NCBI GenBank assembly: GCA_046341255.1
Contig: JBKDRW010000597.1
Location: 2,295 to 66,294 of the forward strand
Length of the DNA: 64,000 bases
Origin: Planctomycetota bacterium
Lineage (GTDB): Bacteria > Planctomycetota > Planctomycetia > Planctomycetales > Planctomycetaceae
Reading direction: 5' to 3'
Shown: one piece after another, positions 34,987 to 43,900 of the stretch
Position numbering within the stretch: the stretch's first letter is position 1
Layout: each line of letters opens with the position of its first letter
Made by a program: the position numbers and the translations under genes
Notes under the pieces: generated by a model
The model's input: the letters and a program-made list of their open reading frames with translations, nothing else
What the model was told of the DNA's origin: nothing
The model's database searches: none

Positions 34987-37167
34987 ATGCGTCACGAAAC
35001 CAATCCTTGGCTGCATCGCGCAGCGGATAAGCTCGGTTTCAGTCTGCCGGCCGACGTTTCGGCAAAAATCGTGCTCGGAACACGTCAGACGATCTGGGCA
35101 GGTGTATTGATCCTTGCCGGATTTGTTTCCAGCGAAGCTCGCGCTCAGGCGCAGAAACCATCGGCTGAACAGCTTCTGAAGGCCTATGCGCCGTCGCAGA
35201 AGGGTGTTGAATACGACACACCAACGACTGCGGAAGAACTCGCCAAATGCGCTGTCACTCTGGACAAAGGCAGCTGGGTCGTCACAAATCCGGCAAATCA
35301 GGTACTCCGAAGATTCACGGACTCCAATGGCGATGGCGCTCCGGACATGTATCGATATTATCGTCTCGGACTCGAGGTCTATCGAGACATCGACACCAAC
35401 GGGGATCCGAAGACCAAAAAGAACACGCGTCCGGATCAGTTTCGCTGGATGAACTGGGGCGGTACACGCTGGGGCGTTGACGAAAATGACGACGGCAGGA
35501 TCGACAGCTGGAAAGTCCTGTCGGCCCAGGAAGCCGCCCGAGTTGCTGTCGAAGCCCTGATCAACGGCGATCTTTACGCGTTGAATTCGGTGATGGTCAG
35601 CGAACGCGACATTCAGACCCTTCGTCTGCCGGCGTCCGTCAGCAAACAACTCCTTGAATCGGTGGGTGATCTCCAGAAAAAGGCCACAGCGGCTCCTGGA
35701 GATGCCAAAGTGCTGAATCCGAAAAGCCAATGGGTGCGATTTGACCCTCCGGTTCCGGGTCTGATTCTGGCAGAAGATATCGGTGCTGCCGGCGACGTCA
35801 CGGTCTACGAAAACGCGATGGCATACATCCAGAACGGCGAGAAGCTGGAGTTGATTTCGATCGGCGAAATGGTTCAGGTTGGTAACGTCTGGAAGCTGGT
35901 CAGCGTTCCGACCCCACTTGATGCTTCGGGAAAAACCGTGATGCAGGTCGGTGGCATACTGATGCAGCCCCCTTCGATTCTTCCGGACAGGGGCGAAGGG
36001 ACTCCGCAGATGTCGGAGGAAATGCAGAAACTTCTCGCAGAACTGCAGAAACTCGATGAGAACAGTCCGAGGCCCGATTCGACCCCTCAGGATTTTGCGG
36101 ACTACAATGTTGCTCGTGCCAACGTCAGCGAAAAGCTGATTTCTGCTGCGTCCAATGATACCGAACGTCAGCAATGGATTCAGCAGTTTACCGACAGCCT
36201 GTCGACAGCCACTCAATCGGGGTTGTATCCCGAAGGTTTGCCGCGACTGCAGCGGCTGGAAGATGCCGCGAAAAGCAACAAGACACTGCTCGGCTACATC
36301 TTCTATCGTCGTCTGATGGCGGAGTACGCCGTTCGACTGAAAGAAGACGAGAAAGCCAGAAGTGAAGAAGAAAGCAAGAAAGCGCGCGAAGAAACCCAGA
36401 AGTGGTGGTTCGAACAGCTGGAAGCATTCGCGCGCCAATGGCCGGAATCTGAAGATGCTCCGGATGCCGTCGTTCAGCTGGCCATCAGTTATGAGCTGAT
36501 GGGACGAATTGATGATGCCAAAGCCTGGTACGCGCAACTCGCGAAGAACTACCCGAAGACGGAAGGTGGTGTGAAGGCGACCGGAGCACTCAAACGACTG
36601 ACTCTCACAGGCAACAAACTGCAATTGGCAGGAAAGACGCTGCTGGGACAGAATCTTTCGTCAGCTCAGTACCAGGGTAAGGTCACGCTGGTTGTCTTCT
36701 GGGCGTCTTACGCCAGACCGTTTACCGATGATCTTCCGGCAATCAAAGCGGCGTACGCGAAATATCAGAAGTCGGGATTTGAAATCCTTGGCATCAATAT
36801 GGACCCCGACGTAACGCAGCTTCCGGAGTATCTCAAGCAGCATACCATCAGCTGGCAGAATCTTCGTGAAGCTCCGACGGCAGAGGGTCAGCCACCGGGT
36901 GACTTTGGCTTTGGTATCGTATCCGTTCCCACCATGTTCATCATGAACAAGGAGGGAATTGTGGAAGGTGGCATCACAGCGGCAAATCTCGACTTTGCAG
37001 TGGACGCTTTGCTGCAGGGCAAAAAGCTTGAAGCAACGGCTCCGGCAGATGGCCCTCCGGATGCTCCTGCTGCATTGAAGGGCCCGGCCGCAAAGGACGA
37101 TGCCAGCGGACAGTCTTTTATTCGCTCGTCCGGTACAACCGCCGAGCGTCCTCGGACGAAGGGCTGA
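34987..37167 (+). CDS. membrane-anchored multidomain protein: Ca-binding-like DxDxDG loops, TPR-like region, C-terminal TlpA/ResA-type thioredoxin fold lacking the CxxC motif
   Basis: Start taken at ATG 34987 with signal-anchor IWAGVLILAGFVSS. Ca-binding-like loops are DSNGDGAPD, DTNGDPK and DENDDGRID. The C-terminal GKVTLVVFWASYARPF...GFEILGINMD...VPTMFIMNKEG matches TlpA-like redoxins, except that WCxPC is replaced by YARPF. Confidence 0.7.
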   Translation: MRHETNPWLHRAADKLGFSLPADVSAKIVLGTRQTIWAGVLILAGFVSSEARAQAQKPSAEQLLKAYAPSQKGVEYDTPTTAEELAKCAVTLDKGSWVVTNPANQVLRRFTDSNGDGAPDMYRYYRLGLEVYRDIDTNGDPKTKKNTRPDQFRWMNWGGTRWGVDENDDGRIDSWKVLSAQEAARVAVEALINGDLYALNSVMVSERDIQTLRLPASVSKQLLESVGDLQKKATAAPGDAKVLNPKSQWVRFDPPVPGLILAEDIGAAGDVTVYENAMAYIQNGEKLELISIGEMVQVGNVWKLVSVPTPLDASGKTVMQVGGILMQPPSILPDRGEGTPQMSEEMQKLLAELQKLDENSPRPDSTPQDFADYNVARANVSEKLISAASNDTERQQWIQQFTDSLSTATQSGLYPEGLPRLQRLEDAAKSNKTLLGYIFYRRLMAEYAVRLKEDEKARSEEESKKAREETQKWWFEQLEAFARQWPESEDAPDAVVQLAISYELMGRIDDAKAWYAQLAKNYPKTEGGVKATGALKRLTLTGNKLQLAGKTLLGQNLSSAQYQGKVTLVVFWASYARPFTDDLPAIKAAYAKYQKSGFEILGINMDPDVTQLPEYLKQHTISWQNLREAPTAEGQPPGDFGFGIVSVPTMFIMNKEGIVEGGITAANLDFAVDALLQGKKLEATAPADGPPDAPAALKGPAAKDDASGQSFIRSSGTTAERPRTKG

Positions 37168-37296
37168 CGAATTCTGCCGCCGTTGTCGTCCGGGAATATG
37201 TCAGGTGTCACGGCAATCCGCTCTCCGATTCATCTCCTGTTGACTCAGAAGCCCGGAATATCTTCATCCGGGCTTCTGTTCTTTGAGGAACGGCCA

Positions 37297-37650
37297 ATGT
37301 CACCCATCTGGACCACTGCTGGACTGCTGGCCATCAGCAATGTCTTCATGACGTTCGCCTGGTACGGACATCTTCAGGATCTGAAGAGCAAGCCATGGTT
37401 TATCGCCGCCTTTGTAAGTTGGGGTATTGCTCTGTTCGAGTACCTTGTGCAGGTGCCTGCCAATCGAATCGGGCATCAGGTGATGAATGTGGGACAACTG
37501 AAGATTATGCAGGAGATCATCTCGCTGACGGTCTTCGTTCCATTCGCATGGCTTTACCTTAAGGAAAAACCATCGCTCGATTACCTTCTGGCCGGGTTCT
37601 GCCTGCTGGGAGCAGCGTTCTTCATCTTCCGAAAAAAGATAGGATTCTGA
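37297..37650 (+). CDS. DMT superfamily small membrane protein (DUF486)
   Basis: MSPIWTTAGLLAISNVFMTFAWYGHL...PW..A...SWGIALFEY..QVPANRIG....L.QLK..QE.I.L.VF is the DUF486 pattern. GAGGAA lies 8 nt upstream of ATG 37297. Confidence 0.75.
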   Translation: MSPIWTTAGLLAISNVFMTFAWYGHLQDLKSKPWFIAAFVSWGIALFEYLVQVPANRIGHQVMNVGQLKIMQEIISLTVFVPFAWLYLKEKPSLDYLLAGFCLLGAAFFIFRKKIGF

Positions 37651-37874
37651 CGGCCGAATGAACTGACCCGGGGACGCCTTAATGCTGCCCGGCCCGATCA
37701 TGTTGTGACGATTGCAGGGATTGAAGAGGTCGTATTCCGCCTGCCGATTCCGCAGTTGCGAGGAAATCTGTTCCCGGCATCTCTCGGCTTCTTCTGCGAC
37801 CTATGTTTCCGGAAATCATCATTCCTTTCGCCGAAGGTGTGCGATGGGGGAGTCGTGAATTTCCGGAGGGTGTC

Positions 37875-38363
37875 ATGCTCTCGCGAGCGAAGCGAAAACT
37901 GGCAAACGAAAAGGCTCGGCGTCAGGCGCAGGCTGAAGAGGTATCTCGAGCGGCCTGCCCGCACTGCGTGAGCGGAGCAGAAACGTATGGCTATCTGAAG
38001 CGATCCTGGGTCTACGATGTTGATGAGGCACGCAGGATCGTGTCCGATGGTCGTCAGCCGGTCGAACTGGAGCGGGACGACGTGGCTTATCTTGTGGACA
38101 ACAGTCGGATCCATCAGCAGCATATCGATCATGTCAACACAATCTTTCCCGGCATCATTGCGCATCTCTGGGGGCCGGGATCCGCGGGGCAGATTGAACA
38201 CGGTCACCTTCTGATCGATGGCAATCATCGCGCGGCTCGATGCCTGCGGGACCAGGTTCCGTTCCGCGCGTACCTGCTGACGGAAGAAGAAAGCGAGCGA
38301 ATTCTGTTTCGCGGCATGCTGCGCGATGGCTCAACCCGAGATGATTCCGGGGCGGAAAGCTGA
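37875..38363 (+). CDS. hypothetical protein with a ParB/sulfiredoxin-like DGNHR motif
   Basis: GGAGGG lies 5-6 nt upstream of ATG 37875. The basic N-terminus contains CPHC. The motif HGHLLIDGNHRAARCL resembles the ParB-like nuclease/Srx fold signature. This is a weak single-motif assignment. Confidence 0.45.
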   Translation: MLSRAKRKLANEKARRQAQAEEVSRAACPHCVSGAETYGYLKRSWVYDVDEARRIVSDGRQPVELERDDVAYLVDNSRIHQQHIDHVNTIFPGIIAHLWGPGSAGQIEHGHLLIDGNHRAARCLRDQVPFRAYLLTEEESERILFRGMLRDGSTRDDSGAES

Positions 38364-38399
38364 CTCCGAGCGGACAATAACACCCCGGGAAGACATTTC

Positions 38400-40886
38400 G
38401 TGACTCCTGTCGCCACAACACTGCCTCGCGTGAGAGATGGCCTGAGCATTCAGGCGATCTCAAAGTCCGAGTATGTCGTGAAACGATCTGATAGTCGCGA
38501 ATACTTCAGCGTTGGTCCCTATGAAGCTTTCTTGCTGCCGCTCTTTGACGGTCATCATTCCGCAGACGAGATCCGCGAGAAATTCGAATCGCAATTCCGC
38601 TCTCCTCTGAGTGAATCCGATCTGCAGGACTTCATCGATGCCGTAAAGCCGATGGGCTTGTTTTCCCCGAAGTCGAGGAAGAGTTCAGCCACGACCACCA
38701 TTGCCGAGCAATTCTCGAAAGAAGCAGCAGTCGGCCCATCAGAAATGAGCGACTCGGAAGTCGACAAGCAGTCCGTCCGGTCGAGAAAGAAGACGGTTCG
38801 TGATCAGAGCATTCTCTACTTTCGCGTGCCTCTGTTCGATCCTGACAAGTCGCTGGGACGACTCGTGCGACTGGTGCCTTTTGTGTGGACAAAGGGATTT
38901 CTCGCCCTTGTTTTCTTCGCAGTCCTGGCGGCCCTGAGCATCACGATCGAAGCGGGTGCTCAACTGGCGGCGGGCGTGGCTCGCATGAATACCTGGCAGG
39001 ACGCTGCCACATTCCTGTTCGTAGTCATCATCTGCGCCTCGATCCATGAGGCCGCACATGGAGCCACGCTGAGGCACTTCGGAGGCCATGTGCACGACTC
39101 AGGCATTCTGTTCATGTTCTTTACACCCTGCTTGTACTGCAATGTGTCCGACGCATGGCTGATCCCTGAAAAATGGAAACGACTGGCCATCACGGCGGCG
39201 GGTGGCATCAGCGACCTCGGACTGTGGGCGCTGGGTATCTTCGCATGGCGCCTGACCGTCTCGGAAACGCTCATCAATCAGATCGCCCTGTCCATGATTA
39301 CGATGTGTGGGGCCAGAAGTCTGATCAACTTCAATCCGCTGCTTCGACTGGATGGTTATTACCTGTTGAGCGACTGGCTTTCGATTCCCAATCTTCGCAC
39401 CCGGGCCATGGATCACTGGATGGGGCACCTTCGCTGGCTGCTGTGGGGAGCAGCGAAACCGCCTTATGCCGAACACCACCGCGCGCTGCTGACTTACGGT
39501 GTGATCTGCTGGTTTTTTGCTCTGACCTTTCTCAATGTCATCTTCATCCGCTTCTTTGAATATATGGGTGGGCAATTCGGAATCACCGGACTCCTGCTGG
39601 TCGGATTGCTGCTGACGTTTGCGTGTCGTCGAGTGTTCAAAGGACTTTTTGAAAGTGAGTTGGTCACCATGATCCGGAAACGTCCTGGTCGAACCACAGT
39701 CTGGGCTGTTGGCATTCTGGCCGCACTGGCCTTGCTGTTTGGCGTGCCCGTTCGAAGTACAACCAGCGGTGACTTTGAGGTACGTCCAGGAAGCGTCGTG
39801 CAGATTCATGCCCCTGTGTCTGGAGTCATTTTTGCCATACATGCTGAAGATTGTGCGGTCGTGGAAGCGGGACAGTTGCTGGCAGAAATGACGTCGGCAT
39901 CGCTCGACTCAGAAATCCTCAAGACGGAAGATCTGCTGGCAGAAAGTGAAGCCAACCTGCGGCGGCTCAGATCCGGGGCGCGGCAGGAGGAAGTGGAAGC
40001 GGCGAAGGATCGAGTTCGTCGACTGACAGAATGGTACGAACTGGGGGCGGATGAACTGGAGCAGGCGCGGCTGGCTCATGAACAGGATCTGCTGGTTCAG
40101 GAGCATCGTGTCCGCGAAATCACGGCGGAACTGAACAATTCCCGCGAGGATCTTGTGCATTCTGAAAATCTCTATCGCCTCGGGGCGCTGGCGGGCGCTC
40201 AACTGAGACAGCAGAAGCTCGAACTTCTGCAGGTGGAATCGAGGCTGGCACAGGTCCAGGCGTCCCTGACCGCAGCAAAGGCTCTGGGGGTCAAATCGAA
40301 GGAGGCTGAGATTGCTCGTCGCGCCCAGGAGCTGGCAGATGCAAAGTCCAGACTGGAGTTGCTGGAAGCGGGAAGTCGCCCCGAAGAAATTGCAGCCGAA
40401 GTCGCCCGAAGAGAGCGTGCGTCACACGAACTGACGTTTCAGAAATCCCGCCGCGAAAAACTCAGAATTGTCGCGCCCTCATCCGGCATCTTTTCAGCGC
40501 CGCGGCTGAAGGAACGCGTTGGAATGGCGGTCGCTCAGGATTCCCTGTTTGGCTCCATTGAAAAGCCGGAGACATCTCGGGTGGAAATCTCTGTCAGTGA
40601 AGATGATGCGACTCAGCTTCGACCTGGGCAGCCCGTGACGCTCAAGGCCCGCGCGATTCCCTTTGAGACTTTTGAAGCCACCGTCGAATCAATTTCTCCT
40701 GTCGCACAAAAGAACGCAACGACCGGACAGAACACGGTGCTTGTGCATTGTCAAATTCAAAATCCGGACGGTAGGCTCAAGTCCGGCATGACGGGCTTTG
40801 GCCGTGTCACTCGAGGCTGGAACACCATCGGAATGCTGCTGTTGACCAGAAGCTTGCGCTACCTGCGAACGGAATTCTGGTGGTAG
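38400..40886 (+). CDS. fusion protein: PqqD/RRE-like N-domain, M50 (site-2 protease) membrane metalloprotease, HlyD-type periplasmic adaptor
   Basis: The N-terminal roughly 85 aa resemble PqqD (YFSVGPYEAFLLPLFDGHHSADEIREKF...LQDFIDAVKPMGLF). The HExxH motif is ASIHEAAHGATL and the second S2P motif is NFNPLLRLDGYY, with several TM segments. Long coiled coils follow with RQEEVEAAK / RPEEIAAEV turns, then the barrel motif IVAPSSGIF typical of HlyD/MFP proteins. GTG start, with GGGAAG 8 nt upstream. Confidence 0.8.
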   Translation: MTPVATTLPRVRDGLSIQAISKSEYVVKRSDSREYFSVGPYEAFLLPLFDGHHSADEIREKFESQFRSPLSESDLQDFIDAVKPMGLFSPKSRKSSATTTIAEQFSKEAAVGPSEMSDSEVDKQSVRSRKKTVRDQSILYFRVPLFDPDKSLGRLVRLVPFVWTKGFLALVFFAVLAALSITIEAGAQLAAGVARMNTWQDAATFLFVVIICASIHEAAHGATLRHFGGHVHDSGILFMFFTPCLYCNVSDAWLIPEKWKRLAITAAGGISDLGLWALGIFAWRLTVSETLINQIALSMITMCGARSLINFNPLLRLDGYYLLSDWLSIPNLRTRAMDHWMGHLRWLLWGAAKPPYAEHHRALLTYGVICWFFALTFLNVIFIRFFEYMGGQFGITGLLLVGLLLTFACRRVFKGLFESELVTMIRKRPGRTTVWAVGILAALALLFGVPVRSTTSGDFEVRPGSVVQIHAPVSGVIFAIHAEDCAVVEAGQLLAEMTSASLDSEILKTEDLLAESEANLRRLRSGARQEEVEAAKDRVRRLTEWYELGADELEQARLAHEQDLLVQEHRVREITAELNNSREDLVHSENLYRLGALAGAQLRQQKLELLQVESRLAQVQASLTAAKALGVKSKEAEIARRAQELADAKSRLELLEAGSRPEEIAAEVARRERASHELTFQKSRREKLRIVAPSSGIFSAPRLKERVGMAVAQDSLFGSIEKPETSRVEISVSEDDATQLRPGQPVTLKARAIPFETFEATVESISPVAQKNATTGQNTVLVHCQIQNPDGRLKSGMTGFGRVTRGWNTIGMLLLTRSLRYLRTEFWW

Positions 40887-40960
40887 TTCCGGTCGGCGAA
40901 GATGGTCCACCACGAGTTCATATCAGTATTATTTCACAGAGGCCGACGAGACACTGCTGC

Positions 40961-43900
40961 TCAGCGGCCCGGCTCTTCGTCATCCGACTTTTCCTGACCG
41001 AGCAGTTCGTAATACCTCTGAACGAGCGAATCAAACTCTTCCGGAACGGCTTCGCGATCGATCGGCACCATGGCTCGGTCAGACTGCAGTTTTGAGACTT
41101 CCTGATTGATTCGCTGCTGCAGAAGCTGCATCTCACCGAGCAGCTGGGATTTTACCAGATCCCATTGGGGCATTTCACCATGCCGTTTGTATTCCGCTCG
41201 CATGGTTCGCGCACGGTCGCGAACCTGCGCCACGCGGTTGCGCAGATCCGGATCTTCCAGCATCTCTTCGATGTCACGCAACTGATCAGACCACTCTGTA
41301 TAGTCGTCCCCGGTCAGCGGCCGCGAGCCGAGATCAAATCCACCTCGCCCCATGCCTTCACTGTTTCCGCCGCGGTCTTCGCGTCCACCATTTCGCAAGC
41401 CTGACTCGCGCTGATTGCCGCCTTTCGGCTGTCCGTTGCGGTCGCCAGAGCGTTCCGATGAATCCGACTCGCGTTCGGACTCGTTCGGCTCATTCATGTC
41501 GGATGGCTGACCGTCCGTGTTCTGACCGTCTGAGTTGCCGCCGGAACGAGAACCGTCCTGCTGGCCGCCCTTTTGCTGGCCACCATTCTGTTGGCCTTCG
41601 GACCTCCCGTCTTGCTCTCCAATTTTTTGATCAGCGTCCTGCTCGCTCTGTTCGGCCGGTTGATTTGCATCATCCTGTCTTTCACCGCCTCCGGAACCTC
41701 CACGCTGTTTGCCCTCTTTGTCTCCGCGGCCTTGCTTGTCGCCCTTCTGCTGACCACCAGCGCCGCTTTGAGCTGATTCCTCGCCAGACTGCTTCCGACC
41801 ATCGCCGGACTTCAAGCCGCTTTTCTGCTCGCCCTCTTTTTCAGACTCATCAGACTGCCCGCGGCCTTGTGGATCGCGTTCACGCCCGGACTTTTGGTCT
41901 TCCGAACCAGCCTGTCCGCTTCGGTTTCGCCCCCTCTGATTCGGATCGGATGATTTCTGATCTCCGTCCTGAGCACTGCGGCCCTTGCCGTTCCCCTGAC
42001 CGGACGATTGCTCGCCGTCACGGCCATCCTTACCGTCGCGATTCAGCGGATCTTCGCCCGTCGCCGATGCCACTTCGCCAGCCAGTTTTCGAGTTGCTTC
42101 GTCCAGTTGCTGCTGAGCCCTTCGCAGCGATTCGGCTTCGCTGCCCAGCACAGAGTCGGCTGCTTTCTCGATGCCGCTCTTCAATTGCTCGATGCCCTCA
42201 CGAGCCACCTGCTCGGCCTGCTGCGACTGCTGCCACATGCCGCGCCCCGCCAGCATCTCAGCGGCTTCCAGGGCTTCTTCGGGCCTCGAGTCCTTCATCT
42301 GACGAATGGTTTCGTACAGCGTATTCGACAGCAAGGGCTCCGTCTGCTCCGCCTGTTCGATCAACTGCTTCGTCTGCTCGACGACGCGATTGAGTCGATC
42401 TTTCTGCTCGCTGGCCTGCTGCCGGACGTCTTCACGATTGCGATCGGACTTCAGTGAAGGGCGCGCCTTCTGTTCGCCTTCTGTCGGTTCACCCGCCAGT
42501 CCCCTGGCCAGTTGTTCCTGCTTCTCAGAGAGTTCACGGGCCTGCTGACGAAGATCTTTGACTGCGTCCTCAAACTGCGACGATGTCTGGTTTCTAAAAT
42601 CCTCCTTGAGATCTTCAAACTGACGTTCCGCGCGAGTCCCCTCCGAGATCGCTTCTGACAGTTTGCCATCATCCATGGCTCGTGATGCCTGCTGGACATT
42701 TTCTCGAGCCTTCTGGAGCTGTTCCTTCAATTCCGAAGTCTGTGCATTCTGTGGATCGGTTGCCTGATCCATTCGTTCCGACAGCTCATCGACATCACGC
42801 AGCATCTCGCGCTGTTCTTCACGAAGACGCTTGAGTTCTCGCTCGATTTCCTCTTTTTCCTTTTCCGTCAGCGCTGCGCGGAGTTCTGATTCAAGCTGCT
42901 TCAGTCGTTCATTTACCATCTGCTGTCGGCGGGCCAGTTCCTTCAGGCGATTCAGCACCTGCAGTTGCTCGCGCTGCTGCTGCGTCATTTCCCGCTGTGG
43001 CTGTGCCTGTTGTTCTGACTGATATCGATTGCGCGAGTTGTCGAGCTCCAGTTGGTCCAGCTGCTGCTGCGAGGCACCTCCTCCGCCTCCACCCCCGCCT
43101 CCTCCGCCATTTTGCTGCTGCTGAAGCACATTGCTCTCAGCCGCACGCATCCGAAGCAGGGTCTGAAGGATGGCCTGCTCCATCGGCACAGCCTGAGACA
43201 ACCGAGCTTTCTCGGCACCGGCAGCCACCTCTTCCAGCTTCTTTTGAGCGGCCGCCATCTCTTCCGCAGTCCGCTGCGCGAGCGCGGCGACTTTGGGATC
43301 ACTCGCGGCTTCTGCAGTTGCTTCCGTCAGTTGTTCGATCCCCTGAGCCTGAGACTGTGCGATCACGGCAACGTCCGCAGCAAACGACTCGTCCTTCTTT
43401 CGCTGCTGCTCGGTTCGAATGGTGTTCCATGTGGCCGACAGGATTTCTTTCTGAAGGTTCAACAGCCCATCGATTGGACTGCCTTGTTGCTGTTGTTGCG
43501 GACCCTGCTGCTGCTGATTCTGTTGTTGCTGCTGGCCCTGTTGCTGAGCCTCGCGCATGATCTCTTCGAAGCGGCGCACTTCGGCAAACATGAGGTCGCT
43601 GTCGACTCGACGCGGATTTCCGTCTACATCCATATCGGTCGCCCAGAAAGAATACGTCACCATATCGTCCGGAGCCGCATTCAATGTCTCCAGCGCGATC
43701 GTGTGTGAGATCGTGGCGTTGCGAATCGGCTCAGTGATGGTCGTGGCGGGAGTTGCTTCTGTCTCAGCAACCGGTTTCGACTCAACGACGGCCGCTGTTG
43801 ATTCCGTCCTGGGTTGGTCGGCAGCGGGTTTGACAGAAAATTCCTGAGGTTCCGCGCCGGACACGGAGAACTGAACACCGTAATCGATCAACTCAAAATC

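Noticed and set aside
34939-36624. 561-aa ORF on the minus strand
   Set aside because: It is antisense to the TlpA-like multidomain gene. Its composition is Arg/Phe/Leu-biased and shows no domain pattern.
37183-37296. N-terminal extension of the DUF486 ORF
   Set aside because: The family signature starts at MSPIW (37297), which has a GAGGAA SD. The extension is not hydrophobic or conserved-looking.
41458-43708. Several 150-310-aa + strand ORFs and the repetitive DNA at 41.4-43.6 kb, considered as separate genes, a VNTR or a CRISPR-like array
   Set aside because: They mirror the low-complexity coding repeats of the 1433-aa minus-strand gene. There is no regular repeat-spacer periodicity and no cas genes.
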